A stretch of 64,000 nt of DNA from Acidimicrobiia bacterium UBA2766 (GTDB lineage: Bacteria > Actinomycetota > Acidimicrobiia > UBA2766): NCBI GenBank assembly GCA_002352645.1, contig DEIU01000004.1, forward strand, positions 234 to 64,233, read 5' to 3'. How positions within the stretch are numbered: the first letter of the stretch is position 1; each line of letters starts with the position of its first letter. The notes under the pieces were generated by a model. That model did no database searches. It had not been told where the DNA came from and saw only the letters and a program-made list of their open reading frames with translations. Made by a program: the position numbers and the translations under genes. Positions 19,665 to 32,576 of the stretch are shown one piece after another.

Positions 19665-22600
19665 TTGGCCGTTACGGCGCGCCCCGGTATCCGTGACCGT
19701 GTCTCCTTCGCCACTATCGAAGAAGGCTTACCGCTACCAGATCTCCTCGCTGTTCAAAAGAATTCTTTTGAATGGTTTATGCACGAAGGCATTGCCGAGG
19801 CCCTTCATGAGATCTCTCCCATCGAAGATTATTCGGGAAACCTTATCCTTGAGTTCGTTGACCACGAGTTTGAGGGTCCGAAATATTCTATCGAAGAATG
19901 CCGCGAACGGGATATGCAGTATGGCTGCCCTTTGTTCGTGACTGCCCGGTTTGGGAACCGTGAAACTGGTGAGATCAAAGAACAGCGAGTGTTCATGGGG
20001 GAATTCCCCATGATGACTCCTGCTGGAACTTTCATCATCAATGGGACAGAAAAGGTTGTTGTCAGTCAATTAGTGCGTAGTCCCGGCATTTATTTTGACG
20101 TTTCGACTGATAAAACTTCTGAAAAACTTCTGCATGGTGCCAAGGTCATTCCTGCCCGTGGTGCTTGGCTGGAGTTTGATATTGACAAGCGTGGCACGGT
20201 CGGTGTCCGGATTGACCGGAAGCGACGTCAGATCGTGACAATTTTATTGCGAGCGCTTGATTTTGGTGAAGTTGACCTTTCCACTAATGAGAGTATTCTC
20301 GAGTATTTTGGGGGGAATGAAGGTATCAGCGCGAGCTTGGAGCGCGATCATACTACGACGCGTGAAGAAGCTCTTATTGATATTTACCGGAAGCTTCGGC
20401 CTGGTGAACCGCCTTCAGTTGAAGCATCTCGTGGCCTGCTTGACCAGCTTTTCTTTTCGTCAAAACGCTACGATCTCTCTCGTGTGGGCCGCTACAAGAT
20501 CAACCAGAAGTTTGCTCTTTCCCCTGAGGCACACAAAGTTCATATTCTGACTCCCGACGACATTCTCCGAACAGTAAAGTACCTTGTGGACTTGTCCGAG
20601 GGGAAAAACGGTTTCTCGATTGACGACATCGATCATTTTGGAAATCGGCGAGTGCGGGCAGTGGGTGAACTCATTGCCAATCAGGTTCGTATTGGGCTTA
20701 CCCGTATGGAACGGGTTGTGCGTGAACGGATGACTACACAGGAAGTGGAGGCTATTACCCCCACGACCTTGATCAATATCCGTCCTTTGACTGCCGCAAT
20801 CAAAGAGTTCTTTGGTACTTCGCAGCTGTGTCAGCTCTATGACCAGACAAATTCCTTGACAGGCCTCACGCATAAACGACGCCTTTCGGCCCTTGGTCCT
20901 GGCGGGTTGTCGCGTGAACGAGCTGGTTTCGATGTGCGAGACGTGCATCCTAGTCACTACGGGCGTATGTGTCCGATTGAGACGCCAGAAGGTCCGAACA
21001 TTGGGCTGATCGGCTCTCTTGCAACCTACGCGCGAATCAATGATTACGGTTTTGTCCAGACTCCCTACCGTAGGGTTTCTGAAGGGGTCGTCCTCGACGA
21101 AATTTGTTATCTCGACGCGCACGAAGAAGATCGGTACACTATCGCACAAGCAAATGCTCCTATCGATCATGATACGGGGCATTTCAAGAATGACCGAGTG
21201 CTTTGCCGGCAGAAGGGCGAACCCGCTTATATTTCTCCGTGGCAAGTCGACTACATGGATGTTTCCCCGCGGCAGATTGTGTCTGTTTCGGCCTCTTGCA
21301 TTCCCTTCTTGGAGCACGACGACGCAAACCGGGCTCTCATGGGGTCCAATATGCAACGTCAGGCAGTGCCTCTTCTCCAAGTAGAAGCGCCCTATATCGG
21401 GACAGGAATGGAAGCGAGAGCGGCGCTCGACTCTGGGGATCTCCTGCGGGCCGAAGAAGATGGGGTTGTTACCGAAGTAGCCGGCGACCGTGTCGTGATT
21501 GAAACCTCGGGGACTGGGGAACGTCACACTTACCGTCTCTCCAAATTCCGTCGCTCGAACCAGTCAACCTGCATCAGCCAGCGTCCAATTGTGGAAGCAG
21601 GCATGCGGATTACCAAGGGAGACGTCCTCACGGACGCTGCGAACACCTCCCAAGGTGAGCTGGCTTTGGGGAAGAATCTACTTGTGGGCTTCATGACTTT
21701 TGAGGGCCACACGTTCGAAGACGCCATTGTGGTCTCCGATCGCCTCGTGCGTGATGACGTGTTGACGTCAGTGCACATCGAGGAGTACGAAATCGAAGCG
21801 CGTGACACCAAACTGGGTGAAGAAGACATCACGCGTGACATCCCCAATGTGTCCGAAGAGGTTCTTCGAGACCTTGATGAACGCGGAATTATTCGTATTG
21901 GGGCTGAAATTGGCCCAGGCGACTATCTCGTTGGCAAGGTAACTCCAAAAGGAGAGACTGAACTCACGCCAGAAGAGCGTTTGCTGCGGGCCATATTTGG
22001 TGAAAAAGCACGCGAAGTGCGGGATACTTCTCTCAAGGTTCCGCATGGAGAGTGGGGAAAGGTCATTGACGTCCGAGTGTACAGCCGGGAAGACAATGCT
22101 GACCTGAACCCTGGCGTGAATAGGCTTGTGCGTGTGTATGTGGCACAGAAGCGCAAGATCTCCGTTGGTGACAAGCTTGCGGGACGACATGGGAACAAGG
22201 GCGTTATTGCCACAGTACTACCTGTGAATGACATGCCTTTCCTTGCCGATGGGACTCCCCTGGACATTCTTTTGTCCCCATTGGGTGTGCCGACTCGAAT
22301 GAACGTGGGGCAGGTTCTGGAAACCCTTTTGGGTTGGGCCGCCTACAACGGATGGGAAGCAGGTCCTTGCGCTTCCGACCCGGGAAACGGCAAGATCGCT
22401 TCTGTTCGCGAACCGGCATCCTATATTTCGACGCCTATTTTTGATGGCGCGCATTGGTCGGATAATGAGGCCCAGGACGCCGGCATGAATCCGGACACGG
22501 GAGTACCGCACCAGTCTATTCAGGAGATGCTGCGGACATCTCGCTCTGGGCATGGTCTTCGACTCATTGGTGAAGACGGGAAAGCTCAGCTCTATGACGG

Positions 22601-23093
22601 GCGCACGGGTGAGCCTTACGATCGTCCAATTGCTATTGGTTTCATGTACATCTTGAAACTTTTGCACCTGGTTGATGACAAGATTCACGCCCGTTCGACC
22701 GGGCCTTACTCCATGATTACCCAACAGCCTTTGGGTGGAAAAGCCCAGTTTGGGGGGCAACGCTTCGGAGAGATGGAAGTGTGGGCGCTCGAGGCCTATG
22801 GGGCTGCGTATTGCCTGCAGGAACTGCTCACTATTAAGTCAGACGACGTGTTTGGCCGTGTCAAGGTCTACGAAGCCGTTGTCAAAGGCGAAAATGTTCC
22901 TGATCCTGGTTTGCCGGAATCGTTCAAGGTGCTGGTGAAAGAAATGCAGTCGCTGTGTCTCAATGTTGAAGTGCTCTCGCAGGAAGGCACGGAGATCGAG
23001 ATGCACAACTTCGAGGAAGACGCTTTCCGTACTGCCGAAGAACTGGGCATCGACATCTCTCGTCCAGAGCGAAGCGAAGTCGAGGAGGCATGA
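19665..23093 (+). CDS. rpoB: DNA-directed RNA polymerase subunit beta
   Basis: 1142 aa with conserved blocks throughout. TTG start is forced by an in-frame TGA at 19656 and is preceded by AAAGGAG. Confidence 0.9.
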   Translation: MAVTARPGIRDRVSFATIEEGLPLPDLLAVQKNSFEWFMHEGIAEALHEISPIEDYSGNLILEFVDHEFEGPKYSIEECRERDMQYGCPLFVTARFGNRETGEIKEQRVFMGEFPMMTPAGTFIINGTEKVVVSQLVRSPGIYFDVSTDKTSEKLLHGAKVIPARGAWLEFDIDKRGTVGVRIDRKRRQIVTILLRALDFGEVDLSTNESILEYFGGNEGISASLERDHTTTREEALIDIYRKLRPGEPPSVEASRGLLDQLFFSSKRYDLSRVGRYKINQKFALSPEAHKVHILTPDDILRTVKYLVDLSEGKNGFSIDDIDHFGNRRVRAVGELIANQVRIGLTRMERVVRERMTTQEVEAITPTTLINIRPLTAAIKEFFGTSQLCQLYDQTNSLTGLTHKRRLSALGPGGLSRERAGFDVRDVHPSHYGRMCPIETPEGPNIGLIGSLATYARINDYGFVQTPYRRVSEGVVLDEICYLDAHEEDRYTIAQANAPIDHDTGHFKNDRVLCRQKGEPAYISPWQVDYMDVSPRQIVSVSASCIPFLEHDDANRALMGSNMQRQAVPLLQVEAPYIGTGMEARAALDSGDLLRAEEDGVVTEVAGDRVVIETSGTGERHTYRLSKFRRSNQSTCISQRPIVEAGMRITKGDVLTDAANTSQGELALGKNLLVGFMTFEGHTFEDAIVVSDRLVRDDVLTSVHIEEYEIEARDTKLGEEDITRDIPNVSEEVLRDLDERGIIRIGAEIGPGDYLVGKVTPKGETELTPEERLLRAIFGEKAREVRDTSLKVPHGEWGKVIDVRVYSREDNADLNPGVNRLVRVYVAQKRKISVGDKLAGRHGNKGVIATVLPVNDMPFLADGTPLDILLSPLGVPTRMNVGQVLETLLGWAAYNGWEAGPCASDPGNGKIASVREPASYISTPIFDGAHWSDNEAQDAGMNPDTGVPHQSIQEMLRTSRSGHGLRLIGEDGKAQLYDGRTGEPYDRPIAIGFMYILKLLHLVDDKIHARSTGPYSMITQQPLGGKAQFGGQRFGEMEVWALEAYGAAYCLQELLTIKSDDVFGRVKVYEAVVKGENVPDPGLPESFKVLVKEMQSLCLNVEVLSQEGTEIEMHNFEEDAFRTAEELGIDISRPERSEVEEA

Positions 23094-26000
23094 GCACGGT
23101 GGCAGCGATCCAGCAGTCTCGGAATACTGATCTTCGTTTTGATCAAGTGCGTATTGGTCTTGCCACACCCGATCAGATTCGGGCGTGGTCAAACGGTGAG
23201 GTGAAGAAGCCCGAGACAATTAACTACCGCACCCTGAAGCCTGAGATGGAAGGCTTGTTTTGCCAGCGTATTTTTGGTCCAGTGAAAGACTGGGAATGCG
23301 CCTGTGGCAAGTACAAAAGGGTTCGCTTCAAGGGGATCATCTGCGAGCGCTGCGGTGTTGAGGTCACGCGTAAAAGTGTACGCCGGGAACGTATGGGTCA
23401 TATCGAGCTAGCGGCTCCTGTGACTCACATTTGGTATCTCAAGGGTGTTCCAAGCCGTCTTGGCTATCTTCTCGACGTTTCTCCAAAGGATCTTGAACGC
23501 GTTATCTACTTTGCTTCCTACATTGTGACGCATGTGGACCAAGAGAACCGGACAGCAGCTCTGCCGGAACTCGAAGTGCGTATGCGTAATGAATCTGACG
23601 AAGTCTGGAAACTCTACGAAGAGCGTGAGCAAAATCGTATGCTCCGCGTTGAAGAGGAACTTGCCTCGTTGGAAGAGGCAGGAGAATCTGCCGAGGAGAT
23701 TGAGTCTCGCCGTAAGCAGTTCGACAAAGAGATGCGAAAAGATTCGCAGCGGGATCGCGAACGTGTTGAAGAAGAAACGCAGCATCTGAGCGAAGTTTTC
23801 ACGACCTTTAAGGGCCTGAAAGAGCGGCAGCTTATAGAGAACGAATTCGTTTGGCGGGATTTGCGTGAGCGCTACGAAGAGTATTTTTCTGGTGGCATGG
23901 GTGCCGAGGCGATCCGGGAATTGCTTGAAACCATTGACCTAGATCAAACAGAAAGTGCGTTGCGCGAAGAAATTATCGTTAGTAAAGGACAAAAACGCGC
24001 ACGCGCTACCAAGCGTCTCAAAGTAGTGGCGGCTTTCAATCAGGGCGAAAACCGTCCTATCGGCATGATCCTGGAGTGTGTACCTGTTATCCCTCCGGAC
24101 CTTCGTCCAATGGTGCAGCTTGATGGTGGACGTTTTGCGACGTCCGACCTGAACGACCTGTACCGGAGAGTGATTAACCGGAATAACCGCCTGAAACGAC
24201 TGCTCGATTTGGGTGCTCCGGAGATCATTGTTAATAATGAAAAGCGCATGTTGCAGGAGGCCGTAGACGCTTTGCTCGATAATGGGCGTCGTGGTCGACC
24301 TGTCACGGGACCAGGGAACCGTCCTCTAAAGTCTATTTCGGACATGTTGAAAGGCAAGCAAGGCCGTTTTCGTCAAAACTTGCTTGGAAAGCGTGTCGAC
24401 TATTCTGGTCGATCGGTGATCGTCTGTGGTCCTCGTTTGCGTTTGCATCAGTGCGGGCTTCCAAAGCAGATGGCGTTGGAACTCTTCAAGCCTTTCGTTA
24501 TGAAACGTTTGGTGCAACAGGACTTGGCAGCCAACATCAAGTCTGCCAAACGCATGGTGGAGCGTCCGCGCCCTCAAGTCTGGGACATCCTCGAAGAGGT
24601 GATCAGCGAGCATCCCGTACTTTTGAACCGGGCACCTACTCTGCACCGTTTGGGTATCCAAGCTTTCGAGCCAGTGCTTGTGGAAGGGAAGGCCATCCAG
24701 ATTCACCCGTTGGTGTGCGCGGCGTTTAACGCGGACTTCGACGGGGACCAAATGGCTGTGCACGTCCCCTTGTCAATTGAGGCACAGGCTGAGGCACGAA
24801 TTCTCATGCTCTCGGCAAATAACCTGTTGTCTCCTGCTCATGGCCGCCCTCTTGTGACTCCGACGCAAGACATGGTGATCGGGGCGTTCTATCTCACAGC
24901 AGATCCTCCGAATGAACCTCCAGCAGAGATTCCAGTCTTTACTTCTCCAGTCCAAGTGCGTTTTGCCTACGACTCTTTTCTTGGGGACGGCAAGCGTGTT
25001 CTGAACTTGCATGACCGAGTCAGAGTGCGTGGTCTGAAGCCATCTCTACAAGATGAAATAATAGAGACCACAGTCGGACGCGTTATTTTCAACTCGACTT
25101 TTCCGGACTCGTATGGCTACGTCAACGAAGTCATTAAGAAAAAGGACTTGGGCCGTTTGGTCATAGAGTTGTACGAGCAGTGTACGCACACAGAAATTGT
25201 GAGGACGCTCGACAACCTGAAAGAGCTCGGGTTCCATTTCGCCACCGTGTCGGGTCTGACGTTTTCGATTGATGACGTGAAAGTGCCTGATGAAAAGTCC
25301 GATATTCTTGATGTCTACGAGAAGCGGGCCGAACGAGAGGAAAAAAACTACCGGGCAGGTGCGATCACGGAGCAGGAGCGTCGTCAGCGTTTGATTGAAA
25401 TCTGGCAAGAGGCTTCTGACAAAGTGAAAGATGCAATGGTCTCGAGGATGGGGAAAGATCCGTTTAACCCTATCCAGATGATGACCGACTCTGGTGCTCG
25501 TGGCCAGGTTATCCAGGTACGTCAGATTGGTGCGATGAGGGGTTTGGTAGCAAACCCAAAGGGCGAGATTATGCCTCGTCCTATCAAATCCAATTACCGT
25601 GAAGGACTCTCGGTTCTCGAGTACTTTATTTCCACGCACGGTGCACGTAAAGGACTCGCTGACACCGCGCTACGAACGGCAGACTCTGGTTATTTGACCC
25701 GTCGTCTTGTCGACGTTGCCCAAGAAGTCATCATTCGCGATGATGATTGTGGCACGACCCGAGGCATTGCGGTCCAGGTCAGCGAAGAAAAGCGGTCTTT
25801 GGAGAGCCAGCTGAAGGGCCGCTATCTCATGGAAGACCTTGTGGATGGGACCACAGGGGAAATCCTTCTCCACACAGGTGACCCAATCAAACGTACTCTC
25901 CTTCTTTCTATCGCGAAGGCAAAAATCGAATCTCTAAAAGTGCGTTCGGTTCTCTACTGCCAGTTGCGAGATGGGGTGTGCTCGAAGTGCTACGGCTTTG

Positions 26001-26983
26001 CTCTTGACACAGGAAAAAAGGTAGAGACGGGAGAGGCAGTCGGAACGATTGCGGCACAGTCTATTGGAGAGCCTGGAACCCAGCTCACTATGCGGACTTT
26101 CCACACTGGGGGTATCGCAGCAGGCGGTGACATCACACAGGGTTTGCCTCGTGTGCAAGAGCTGTTTGAAGCACGGACCCCGAAAGGGAAGGCAGAGATT
26201 TCCCACTCTTCTGGCCAGGTACGGATCCAACGTGACGAAGAGACGATGGACCGGACCATTATCGTTGAAGACGAGGATGGAGAAGAAGAGACACACGAGG
26301 TCGGTCGGCGAGTACGGATCCTTGTGGAAGACGGGGACAAAGTTTCTCCCGGCGATCCTCTGACCTTCGGTCCAATTGACCCGAAAGAACTGCTCGAGGT
26401 GAAGTCGAGTCGGGCTGTGCAAGAATATCTGGTAAATGAAGTGCAGCGTGTGTACTCCAGCCAGGGTGTTGACATTCACGATAAGCATATTGAGCTGATC
26501 GTGCGTCAGATGATGCGCAAGGTTGTGGTACAAGAGTCGGAAGAATCTGACTTTTTGCCTGGCGAGCGTGTGGACCAGCGTGTTTTCCAAGAGGCAAACA
26601 GGGTTTTGGTACAGGAGGGCAAAACCCCTGCTCAAGCTCGGCAAGAGCTGATGGGAATCACGAAGGCATCACTTGCGACAGACTCCTGGCTATCTGCTGC
26701 TTCCTTCCAAGAGACAACGCGGGTTTTGACAGAGGCTGCAATTGAGGGCAAGAGCGACAGCCTGAGAGGGTTGAAAGAGAATGTCATTATTGGCCGTCTC
26801 GTGCCGGCGGGAACGGGAGTTCGTTCTTATCGAGAGGTTGACCCGGACTTCCCTGAAGGTGCCGAAGTCATTAGCGTGCACCCCTTCTTCCAGACAGGTG
26901 GAGAAGAACAAATGTCGGCTGAGGAAGCTGCTGACTTCCTTCGTAAGATCGGAACTGGGTCTGTAAATACGGACGCTTCTTAA
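23090..26983 (+). CDS. rpoC: DNA-directed RNA polymerase subunit beta'
   Basis: Zn-binding [23 protein letters not shown], the NADFDGD catalytic motif and the C-terminal block. ATGA overlap with rpoB. Confidence 0.9.
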   Translation: MSTVAAIQQSRNTDLRFDQVRIGLATPDQIRAWSNGEVKKPETINYRTLKPEMEGLFCQRIFGPVKDWECACGKYKRVRFKGIICERCGVEVTRKSVRRERMGHIELAAPVTHIWYLKGVPSRLGYLLDVSPKDLERVIYFASYIVTHVDQENRTAALPELEVRMRNESDEVWKLYEEREQNRMLRVEEELASLEEAGESAEEIESRRKQFDKEMRKDSQRDRERVEEETQHLSEVFTTFKGLKERQLIENEFVWRDLRERYEEYFSGGMGAEAIRELLETIDLDQTESALREEIIVSKGQKRARATKRLKVVAAFNQGENRPIGMILECVPVIPPDLRPMVQLDGGRFATSDLNDLYRRVINRNNRLKRLLDLGAPEIIVNNEKRMLQEAVDALLDNGRRGRPVTGPGNRPLKSISDMLKGKQGRFRQNLLGKRVDYSGRSVIVCGPRLRLHQCGLPKQMALELFKPFVMKRLVQQDLAANIKSAKRMVERPRPQVWDILEEVISEHPVLLNRAPTLHRLGIQAFEPVLVEGKAIQIHPLVCAAFNADFDGDQMAVHVPLSIEAQAEARILMLSANNLLSPAHGRPLVTPTQDMVIGAFYLTADPPNEPPAEIPVFTSPVQVRFAYDSFLGDGKRVLNLHDRVRVRGLKPSLQDEIIETTVGRVIFNSTFPDSYGYVNEVIKKKDLGRLVIELYEQCTHTEIVRTLDNLKELGFHFATVSGLTFSIDDVKVPDEKSDILDVYEKRAEREEKNYRAGAITEQERRQRLIEIWQEASDKVKDAMVSRMGKDPFNPIQMMTDSGARGQVIQVRQIGAMRGLVANPKGEIMPRPIKSNYREGLSVLEYFISTHGARKGLADTALRTADSGYLTRRLVDVAQEVIIRDDDCGTTRGIAVQVSEEKRSLESQLKGRYLMEDLVDGTTGEILLHTGDPIKRTLLLSIAKAKIESLKVRSVLYCQLRDGVCSKCYGFALDTGKKVETGEAVGTIAAQSIGEPGTQLTMRTFHTGGIAAGGDITQGLPRVQELFEARTPKGKAEISHSSGQVRIQRDEETMDRTIIVEDEDGEEETHEVGRRVRILVEDGDKVSPGDPLTFGPIDPKELLEVKSSRAVQEYLVNEVQRVYSSQGVDIHDKHIELIVRQMMRKVVVQESEESDFLPGERVDQRVFQEANRVLVQEGKTPAQARQELMGITKASLATDSWLSAASFQETTRVLTEAAIEGKSDSLRGLKENVIIGRLVPAGTGVRSYREVDPDFPEGAEVISVHPFFQTGGEEQMSAEEAADFLRKIGTGSVNTDAS

Positions 26984-27027
26984 AGTGAAGGGGAAGAAGG
27001 GAAATCCTCTTCCCCCTCACTTTTTTG
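26984..27027 (+). terminator. Intrinsic terminator after rpoC
   Basis: AGTGAAGGGGAAGAAG-GGAAATC-CTCTTCCCCCTCACTTTTTTG: GC-rich stem followed by a T6 tract. Confidence 0.5.
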
Positions 27028-27047
27028 TGCAGACCAGCGAAAGAGTT

Positions 27048-27446
27048 ATGTCGGAGACAGAAAATCCAGGCCAATCAGATAATCCTTCTGTGTATGAAGT
27101 AGTTGGCGGAACTCCTGTTTTTCGTCAGATTGTGGATGCTTTTTATGCGGGTGTCGAGCAGGATACGCTGCTTCGTCCGATGTACCCTGAGGATCTTTCT
27201 GCAGCGAGAGAGCATCTTTTCTTGTTTCTCGTGCAGTATTGGGGAGGTCCCCCAGATTATTCCGCGCAGCGGGGGCATCCTCGGTTGCGGCGGCGGCATT
27301 TTCCTTTCCCTATAGATGAGGCTGCTCGTGATGCCTGGATGCATCATATGACGGGTGCGCTTGATGGCACTGGAATGCCTACTGAAGCACGCGAACAAAT
27401 GCGTGCTTACTTTGAGGATGCTGCAAGTTTTTTGATGAACAAGTGA
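27048..27446 (+). CDS. Group II truncated haemoglobin (2/2 Hb, trHbO-like)
   Basis: YEVVGGTPVFRQIVDAFYAGVEQDTLLRPMYP ... GHPRLRRRHFPFPIDEAARDAWMHHM. Start taken at Met22 of the ORF because the first 20 codons are the rpoC terminator hairpin. Confidence 0.7.
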   Translation: MSETENPGQSDNPSVYEVVGGTPVFRQIVDAFYAGVEQDTLLRPMYPEDLSAAREHLFLFLVQYWGGPPDYSAQRGHPRLRRRHFPFPIDEAARDAWMHHMTGALDGTGMPTEAREQMRAYFEDAASFLMNK

Positions 27447-27837
27447 AGAGAATTTTTTCGGTTTGCTCGTTCATTGTGTTTTTGTTTTTCTTGCGTGGCA
27501 GCTATACTTGGGAAACTTCTGATATGGGAAGGGCGCTTGTTCGCGCCTTTTGTCGTCGCTTTAGTGTTTTGAGTTGGCATTTCATTTCGTATGCTTGCTT
27601 CACGCCTCAACATGTTCCTTCCGGTAATGTCCGGTTGTTGATGTCCGATATGCTGTGCGATGGCGCCCATGTTCCAGTGGACCGGTCTCAGTTTTCTTGT
27701 TGGTTTCGGTCCTCGGTTCGAAAAATATTCGAGGTGTCGTTTTCCGTGTTGCGAATCTTGTAGAGAGGACTGCAAGGTCGTCGCGGTGTGCCAATCTGGT
27801 GTAATGAACGAGCCGAAGAGTCAGGCGAGGGTCCACG

Positions 27838-28209
27838 GTGCCGACTATCCAGCAGCTTGTCCGTCAGGGACGTAAGAGCAAGCCCAAGAAAAATGCCACT
27901 CCGGCATTGAGCGGTTCGCCTCAACGACGTGGTGTGTGCACGCAGGTAAAAACGCACACTCCGAAAAAACCGAACTCGGCTTTGCGGAAAATTGCTCGAG
28001 TGCGGCTTATGACTGGAGTTGAGGTGACTGCGTATATTCCTGGAGAAGGACATAACCTCCAGGAGCACTCGATTGTGCTTGTGCGTGGGGGCCGTGTGAA
28101 AGACCTTCCAGGTGTGCGCTACAAGATCATCCGCGGCGCTCTTGACGCAGCAGGTGTTGAAGGGCGTCAGCGTAGTCGTTCTCTATACGGTACGAAGAAA
28201 GATAGTTAA
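27838..28209 (+). CDS. rpsL: 30S ribosomal protein S12
   Basis: [12 protein letters not shown]...[10 protein letters not shown]...[17 protein letters not shown]; GTG start. Confidence 0.9.
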   Translation: MPTIQQLVRQGRKSKPKKNATPALSGSPQRRGVCTQVKTHTPKKPNSALRKIARVRLMTGVEVTAYIPGEGHNLQEHSIVLVRGGRVKDLPGVRYKIIRGALDAAGVEGRQRSRSLYGTKKDS

Positions 28210-28213
28210 TCCG

Positions 28214-28684
28214 ATGCCTCGAAAAGGTCCTGCTCCACGGCGAGATTTGAATGCCGATCCAGTGTTTCACTCTGTGCTGGTGACCCAGCTGGTGAACAAG
28301 GTACTCCTGCATGGAAAGAAGACCACTGCAGAACAGATTGTCTATAAGGCTCTGGATATTTGCGCAGAACGGGCAGGCTCTGATCCAATTCAAATATTGA
28401 AGAAAGCCATTGACAATGCCCGTCCACACTTGGAAGTGCGTAGTCGGCGTGTTGGCGGCGCGACCTATCAGGTGCCGGTCGAGGTTCGCCCGCGACGTGG
28501 TGTGTCATTGTCTATTCGATGGATTGTGCAGTTTTCCCGGAAACGGCGAGAGAAGTCGATGGCCGAGCGTCTTGCCGGCGAATTGCTCGACGCAGCAAAT
28601 GGTGTCGGGGCGGCAGTGAAACGTCGTGAAGACACCCACAAAATGGCTGATGCGAACAGAGCCTTTGCTCACTATCGCTGGTAA
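28214..28684 (+). CDS. rpsG: 30S ribosomal protein S7
   Basis: [36 protein letters not shown]. Confidence 0.9.
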   Translation: MPRKGPAPRRDLNADPVFHSVLVTQLVNKVLLHGKKTTAEQIVYKALDICAERAGSDPIQILKKAIDNARPHLEVRSRRVGGATYQVPVEVRPRRGVSLSIRWIVQFSRKRREKSMAERLAGELLDAANGVGAAVKRREDTHKMADANRAFAHYRW

Positions 28685-28940
28685 AAAGCTTTTTTTGGCT
28701 TATCATGCTTATATGAGAGAGCGGTTTTCTGTTGGTGTCTGGCAGGTACCCGCGGATCTTTTTCTATTCTTTCCCGGAGGTTTTCTCAGGGCGTCTTGAC
28801 TCTCTTCTCAGTGTGAGTATGGTGCGTTCGAGCGGATCCTGGATTCCATTCGATTGTAATTTCATTACACGGCACATAGGTGGGTGTCATGTTGGGACCT
28901 GTGGTCTGTGGCGCTCATACCTCGAAAGCGATGACGAAAA

Positions 28941-31034
28941 ATGACTGACATTAAGCGCGAAACCCCCTTGGAGCGCCTACGAAATATCGGGATTATGGCG
29001 CATATTGATGCCGGGAAGACCACGACAACAGAACGTATCCTCTACTACACCGGTCGTACGTACAAGATCGGTGAAGTCCATGACGGCGGTGCTGTGATGG
29101 ACTGGATGGCGCAGGAGCAGGAGCGTGGTATTACTATCACTTCTGCTGCGACTACCTGTGAATGGAGTGGGCACGCGATCAATATTATTGATACGCCTGG
29201 CCACGTCGACTTCACTATTGAAGTTGAGCGCTCTTTGCGTGTACTTGACGGTGCTGTTGCTGTTTTTGATGCGGTTGCCGGTGTGGAGCCCCAATCCGAG
29301 ACGGTATGGCGACAGGCAAATCGTTATCGCGTTCCCCGTATTTGTTTTATCAATAAAATGGATAGAATCGGGGCGAATTTTGACAAGGCAGTAGATACGA
29401 TTCGAGATCGTTTAGGTGCTATTCCTGCTGTCGTGCAGTTGCCTGTAGGTGTCGAACAAGATTTTTCTGGTGTGGTTGATCTTGTTGAGATGCGTGCATA
29501 TATTTGGAAAGGGGAAGAGCACGATTTTGATGTGGTCGAGATCCCTGACGATTTGCGCGCGCGGGCCGAGACAGCTCGTCACGACCTTATCGAAGTGATA
29601 GCTGATCATGACGATGAGGTCATGGAGGCATTTCTTGAGGAACGGGAGTTGTCTCCCGCTCAGATCAAGAGGGCTTTGCGTGCCGCGACACTCGATATCT
29701 CGGTAACACCAGTTTTTTGTGGGAGCGCATTTAAAAATAAGGGTATTCAGCCTTTGTTGGATGCTGTGATCGACTATCTTCCTAGTCCTTTGGATATTCC
29801 TCCTGTGACAGGTAGCCATACGAAAACACAAGAACTTGTGGAACGCCCGCCTGATGATGAAGCTCCCTTTAGCGCTTTGGCATTCAAGATCATGTCCGAT
29901 CCGTATGTCGGGAAGCTCACTTATTTTCGGGTCTACTCCGGCAAAGTTGAGAAGGGGATAACCCTTCTCAATGCTTCGTCAGGGAAGAAAGAGCGGCTGG
30001 GACGGATTTTGCAGATGCATGCCAAGACCCAGGAAGATCGCGCCTATGTTATGACTGGAGACATTGTCGCCGCCGTTGGTCTGAAGGCCACAAAAACCGG
30101 TGAGACTTTGTGTGCTCCTTCCGCCCCAATTGTGCTGGAGTCACTTGACGTTCCTACTCCGGTTATCAAGGTTGCGATCGAACCCCGTTCGAAAGCTGAC
30201 CAAGATAAACTTTCGAAGGCACTTGTTTCCCTTTCGGATGAAGATCCAACCTTTGTCGTGCAGGGAGACGAGGAGACCGGCCAGACCACGATTTCTGGTA
30301 TGGGCGAGTTGCATCTGGAAGTTCTTGTTGATCGGATGGTGCGGGAATTTGGTGTGAGTGCCGATGTCGGGCGGCCGCAAGTGGCCTATCGGGAGACCCT
30401 CACGCGTCCTGTTGAGAATGTGGATGTGACTTTCAAGCGTCAAACAGGTGGTCGCGGGCAGTTTGCACGTGTCAAGATTAATTTGACGCCTCTTCCTCTC
30501 GAAGGGGAGGAATCCTATGAATTTGTTGACAGCATTAAAGGAGGCGCGATCCCCCGAGAGTATATTCCCAAGGTTAACGAAGGCATTCGTACAACGATGG
30601 AGACCGGCATACTTGCTGGGTATCCGATGGTTAATGTCAGAGTTAATCTTGTGGACGGGAACTACCATGAGGTGGACTCGTCTGAAATGGCCTTCAAAAT
30701 TGCTGGGTCCATGGCTTTTAAGCAAGGTGCCCAGAAAGCGAAGCCAGTTTTACTCGAGCCCATCATGTCAGTTTCCGTGACGACTCCCGAAGATTACATG
30801 GGGGATGTGATAGGTGATCTTTCGAGCCGACGAGGGAGAATCGGAGCGATGACTGCTCGCGGAGGTGAGCAGGTTGTCGATGCAGAAGTCCCTCTGGCAG
30901 AGATGTTCGGGTATGCTACCGATCTGCGTTCACGCACCCAGGGGCGAGCGACCTACTCGATGCAGTTCCATTCCTACCGAGAAGTGCCGGGGCCGATCGC
31001 TGCTGAGATCATTGCTCGCATTCGAGGGGAATGA
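28941..31034 (+). CDS. fusA: Elongation factor G
   Basis: [25 protein letters not shown]...DTPGHVDF...NKMDR. Confidence 0.9.
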   Translation: MTDIKRETPLERLRNIGIMAHIDAGKTTTTERILYYTGRTYKIGEVHDGGAVMDWMAQEQERGITITSAATTCEWSGHAINIIDTPGHVDFTIEVERSLRVLDGAVAVFDAVAGVEPQSETVWRQANRYRVPRICFINKMDRIGANFDKAVDTIRDRLGAIPAVVQLPVGVEQDFSGVVDLVEMRAYIWKGEEHDFDVVEIPDDLRARAETARHDLIEVIADHDDEVMEAFLEERELSPAQIKRALRAATLDISVTPVFCGSAFKNKGIQPLLDAVIDYLPSPLDIPPVTGSHTKTQELVERPPDDEAPFSALAFKIMSDPYVGKLTYFRVYSGKVEKGITLLNASSGKKERLGRILQMHAKTQEDRAYVMTGDIVAAVGLKATKTGETLCAPSAPIVLESLDVPTPVIKVAIEPRSKADQDKLSKALVSLSDEDPTFVVQGDEETGQTTISGMGELHLEVLVDRMVREFGVSADVGRPQVAYRETLTRPVENVDVTFKRQTGGRGQFARVKINLTPLPLEGEESYEFVDSIKGGAIPREYIPKVNEGIRTTMETGILAGYPMVNVRVNLVDGNYHEVDSSEMAFKIAGSMAFKQGAQKAKPVLLEPIMSVSVTTPEDYMGDVIGDLSSRRGRIGAMTARGGEQVVDAEVPLAEMFGYATDLRSRTQGRATYSMQFHSYREVPGPIAAEIIARIRGE

Positions 31035-31259
31035 CCGTCAGAGTGCCGCGCTGAATGTAGGTTCTTCACGAGGCGAGTTTTTCGAGTGGAAGCGTGGTGG
31101 GCCAGTGTCTTCTACTGGTTCTCTCGCCTGCTGAATGCGCGGTAACTCAGACCCATGATGAAGAAAGGCAAGCCCTCTCATATTGAGATGGGCAGGGAAT
31201 TCGTTCAGTCTTGAGACTAAGCAGCGGCTGATGGATTCATCCGAGGAGGAAGCACACAG

Positions 31260-32447
31260 ATGAGCAAGGAGAAGTTCGAGCGGACCAAGCCGCACGTCAA
31301 CATCGGGACCATTGGTCATATTGACCACGGGAAGACGACGCTCACCGCGGCTATCACGAAGGTTCTCTCCGATCAAATCGAGGGGTCGACGGCCACCCCT
31401 TTCGATGAAATTGATAAAGCGCCGGAAGAGCGTGAGCGCGGGATTACAATCGCCATTGCGCACGTCGAGTATGAGACAGAAAACCGTCATTATGCTCATG
31501 TTGACTGTCCTGGTCACGCCGACTACATCAAAAACATGATCACAGGTGCCGCCCAAATGGACGGTGCGATTCTGGTTGTGTCTGCTGATGACGGGCCTAT
31601 GCAGCAGACACGGGAACATATTCTTCTCTGTTATCAGGTAGGAGTTCCCTATATCGTGGTTTTCCTCAACAAGTGTGACATGGTCGATGACGAAGAGCTT
31701 CTCGACCTTGTTGAACTTGAAGTGCGTGAACTACTTAGCGTGTACAATTTCCCAGGTGATGATGTTCCCGTTATTCGCGGTTCAGCGCTGAGGGCTCTCG
31801 AAGGTGACGACAAATATGTCGGATCCGTTCTGGAGCTGATGGCGACGGTTGACGAGTACATTCCCCAACCCGAACGGGATGTGGACAAAGATTTTCTCAT
31901 GCCTATTGAGGACGTCTTTTCCATCCAGGGTCGTGGAACTGTGGTCACAGGCCGTGTCGAGAGCGGCATCTTGAAGAAGATGGAAGAGGTGGAGATCGTC
32001 GGGATCAAGTCCACTCAGAAGACAACCGCAACTGACCTGGAGATGTTTCGGAAGCTGCTCGACGAGATTCAGGCTGGAGACAATGCCGGTGTCTTGTTGC
32101 GAGGAGTTGATAAAGAGGAAGTCTCTCGTGGGCAGGTGCTTGTCAAGCCTGGCACTATTACGCCGCACAAGAAGTTTGAGGCTCAGGTCTATTGCCTGAC
32201 GAAAGAAGAGGGAGGTCGTCACTCTCCCTTCTTCCCCGGGTATCGTCCGCAGTTCTACTTTCGCACGACTGATGTCACAGGATCTATCACTTTGCCTGAA
32301 GGCACAGAAATGGTGATGCCTGGCGACAATACAGACTTGACGGTAGAGCTACACGAGCCTATCGCTATGGAAGACGGTCTGAAGTTCGCGATCCGTGAAG
32401 GCGGACGGACTGTGGGAGCAGGCCGTGTGATCAAAATCCTCGAATAG
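31260..32447 (+). CDS. tuf: Elongation factor Tu
   Basis: [33 protein letters not shown]...[26 protein letters not shown]. Confidence 0.9.
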   Translation: MSKEKFERTKPHVNIGTIGHIDHGKTTLTAAITKVLSDQIEGSTATPFDEIDKAPEERERGITIAIAHVEYETENRHYAHVDCPGHADYIKNMITGAAQMDGAILVVSADDGPMQQTREHILLCYQVGVPYIVVFLNKCDMVDDEELLDLVELEVRELLSVYNFPGDDVPVIRGSALRALEGDDKYVGSVLELMATVDEYIPQPERDVDKDFLMPIEDVFSIQGRGTVVTGRVESGILKKMEEVEIVGIKSTQKTTATDLEMFRKLLDEIQAGDNAGVLLRGVDKEEVSRGQVLVKPGTITPHKKFEAQVYCLTKEEGGRHSPFFPGYRPQFYFRTTDVTGSITLPEGTEMVMPGDNTDLTVELHEPIAMEDGLKFAIREGGRTVGAGRVIKILE

Positions 32448-32521
32448 AGGATCACCCTTCCTGATTTTTTATCTTGCCGGCAAAATTCCCTTGAGAGAGG
32501 GAGCTGTCAAGGATAAAACGT

Positions 32522-32576
32522 AAACGACCAATCGCGAAAAGGTTTTCCTTTTTACGATTGGTCGTTTTTCTTTTCT
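32522..32576 (+). terminator. Intrinsic terminator after tuf
   Basis: AAACGACCAATCG-[20 nt loop]-CGATTGGTCGTTTTTCTTTTC: perfect 13-bp stem plus a U-tract. Confidence 0.6.

Noticed and set aside
20460-21527. 355-aa minus-strand ORF
   Set aside because: Antisense to rpoB; typical shadow ORF in a GC-moderate coding region.
28684-28700. AAAAAGCTTTTTTT palindrome after rpsG
   Set aside because: AT-only 6-bp stem, too weak to call a terminator. The 257-bp rpsG-fusA gap is otherwise unremarkable.
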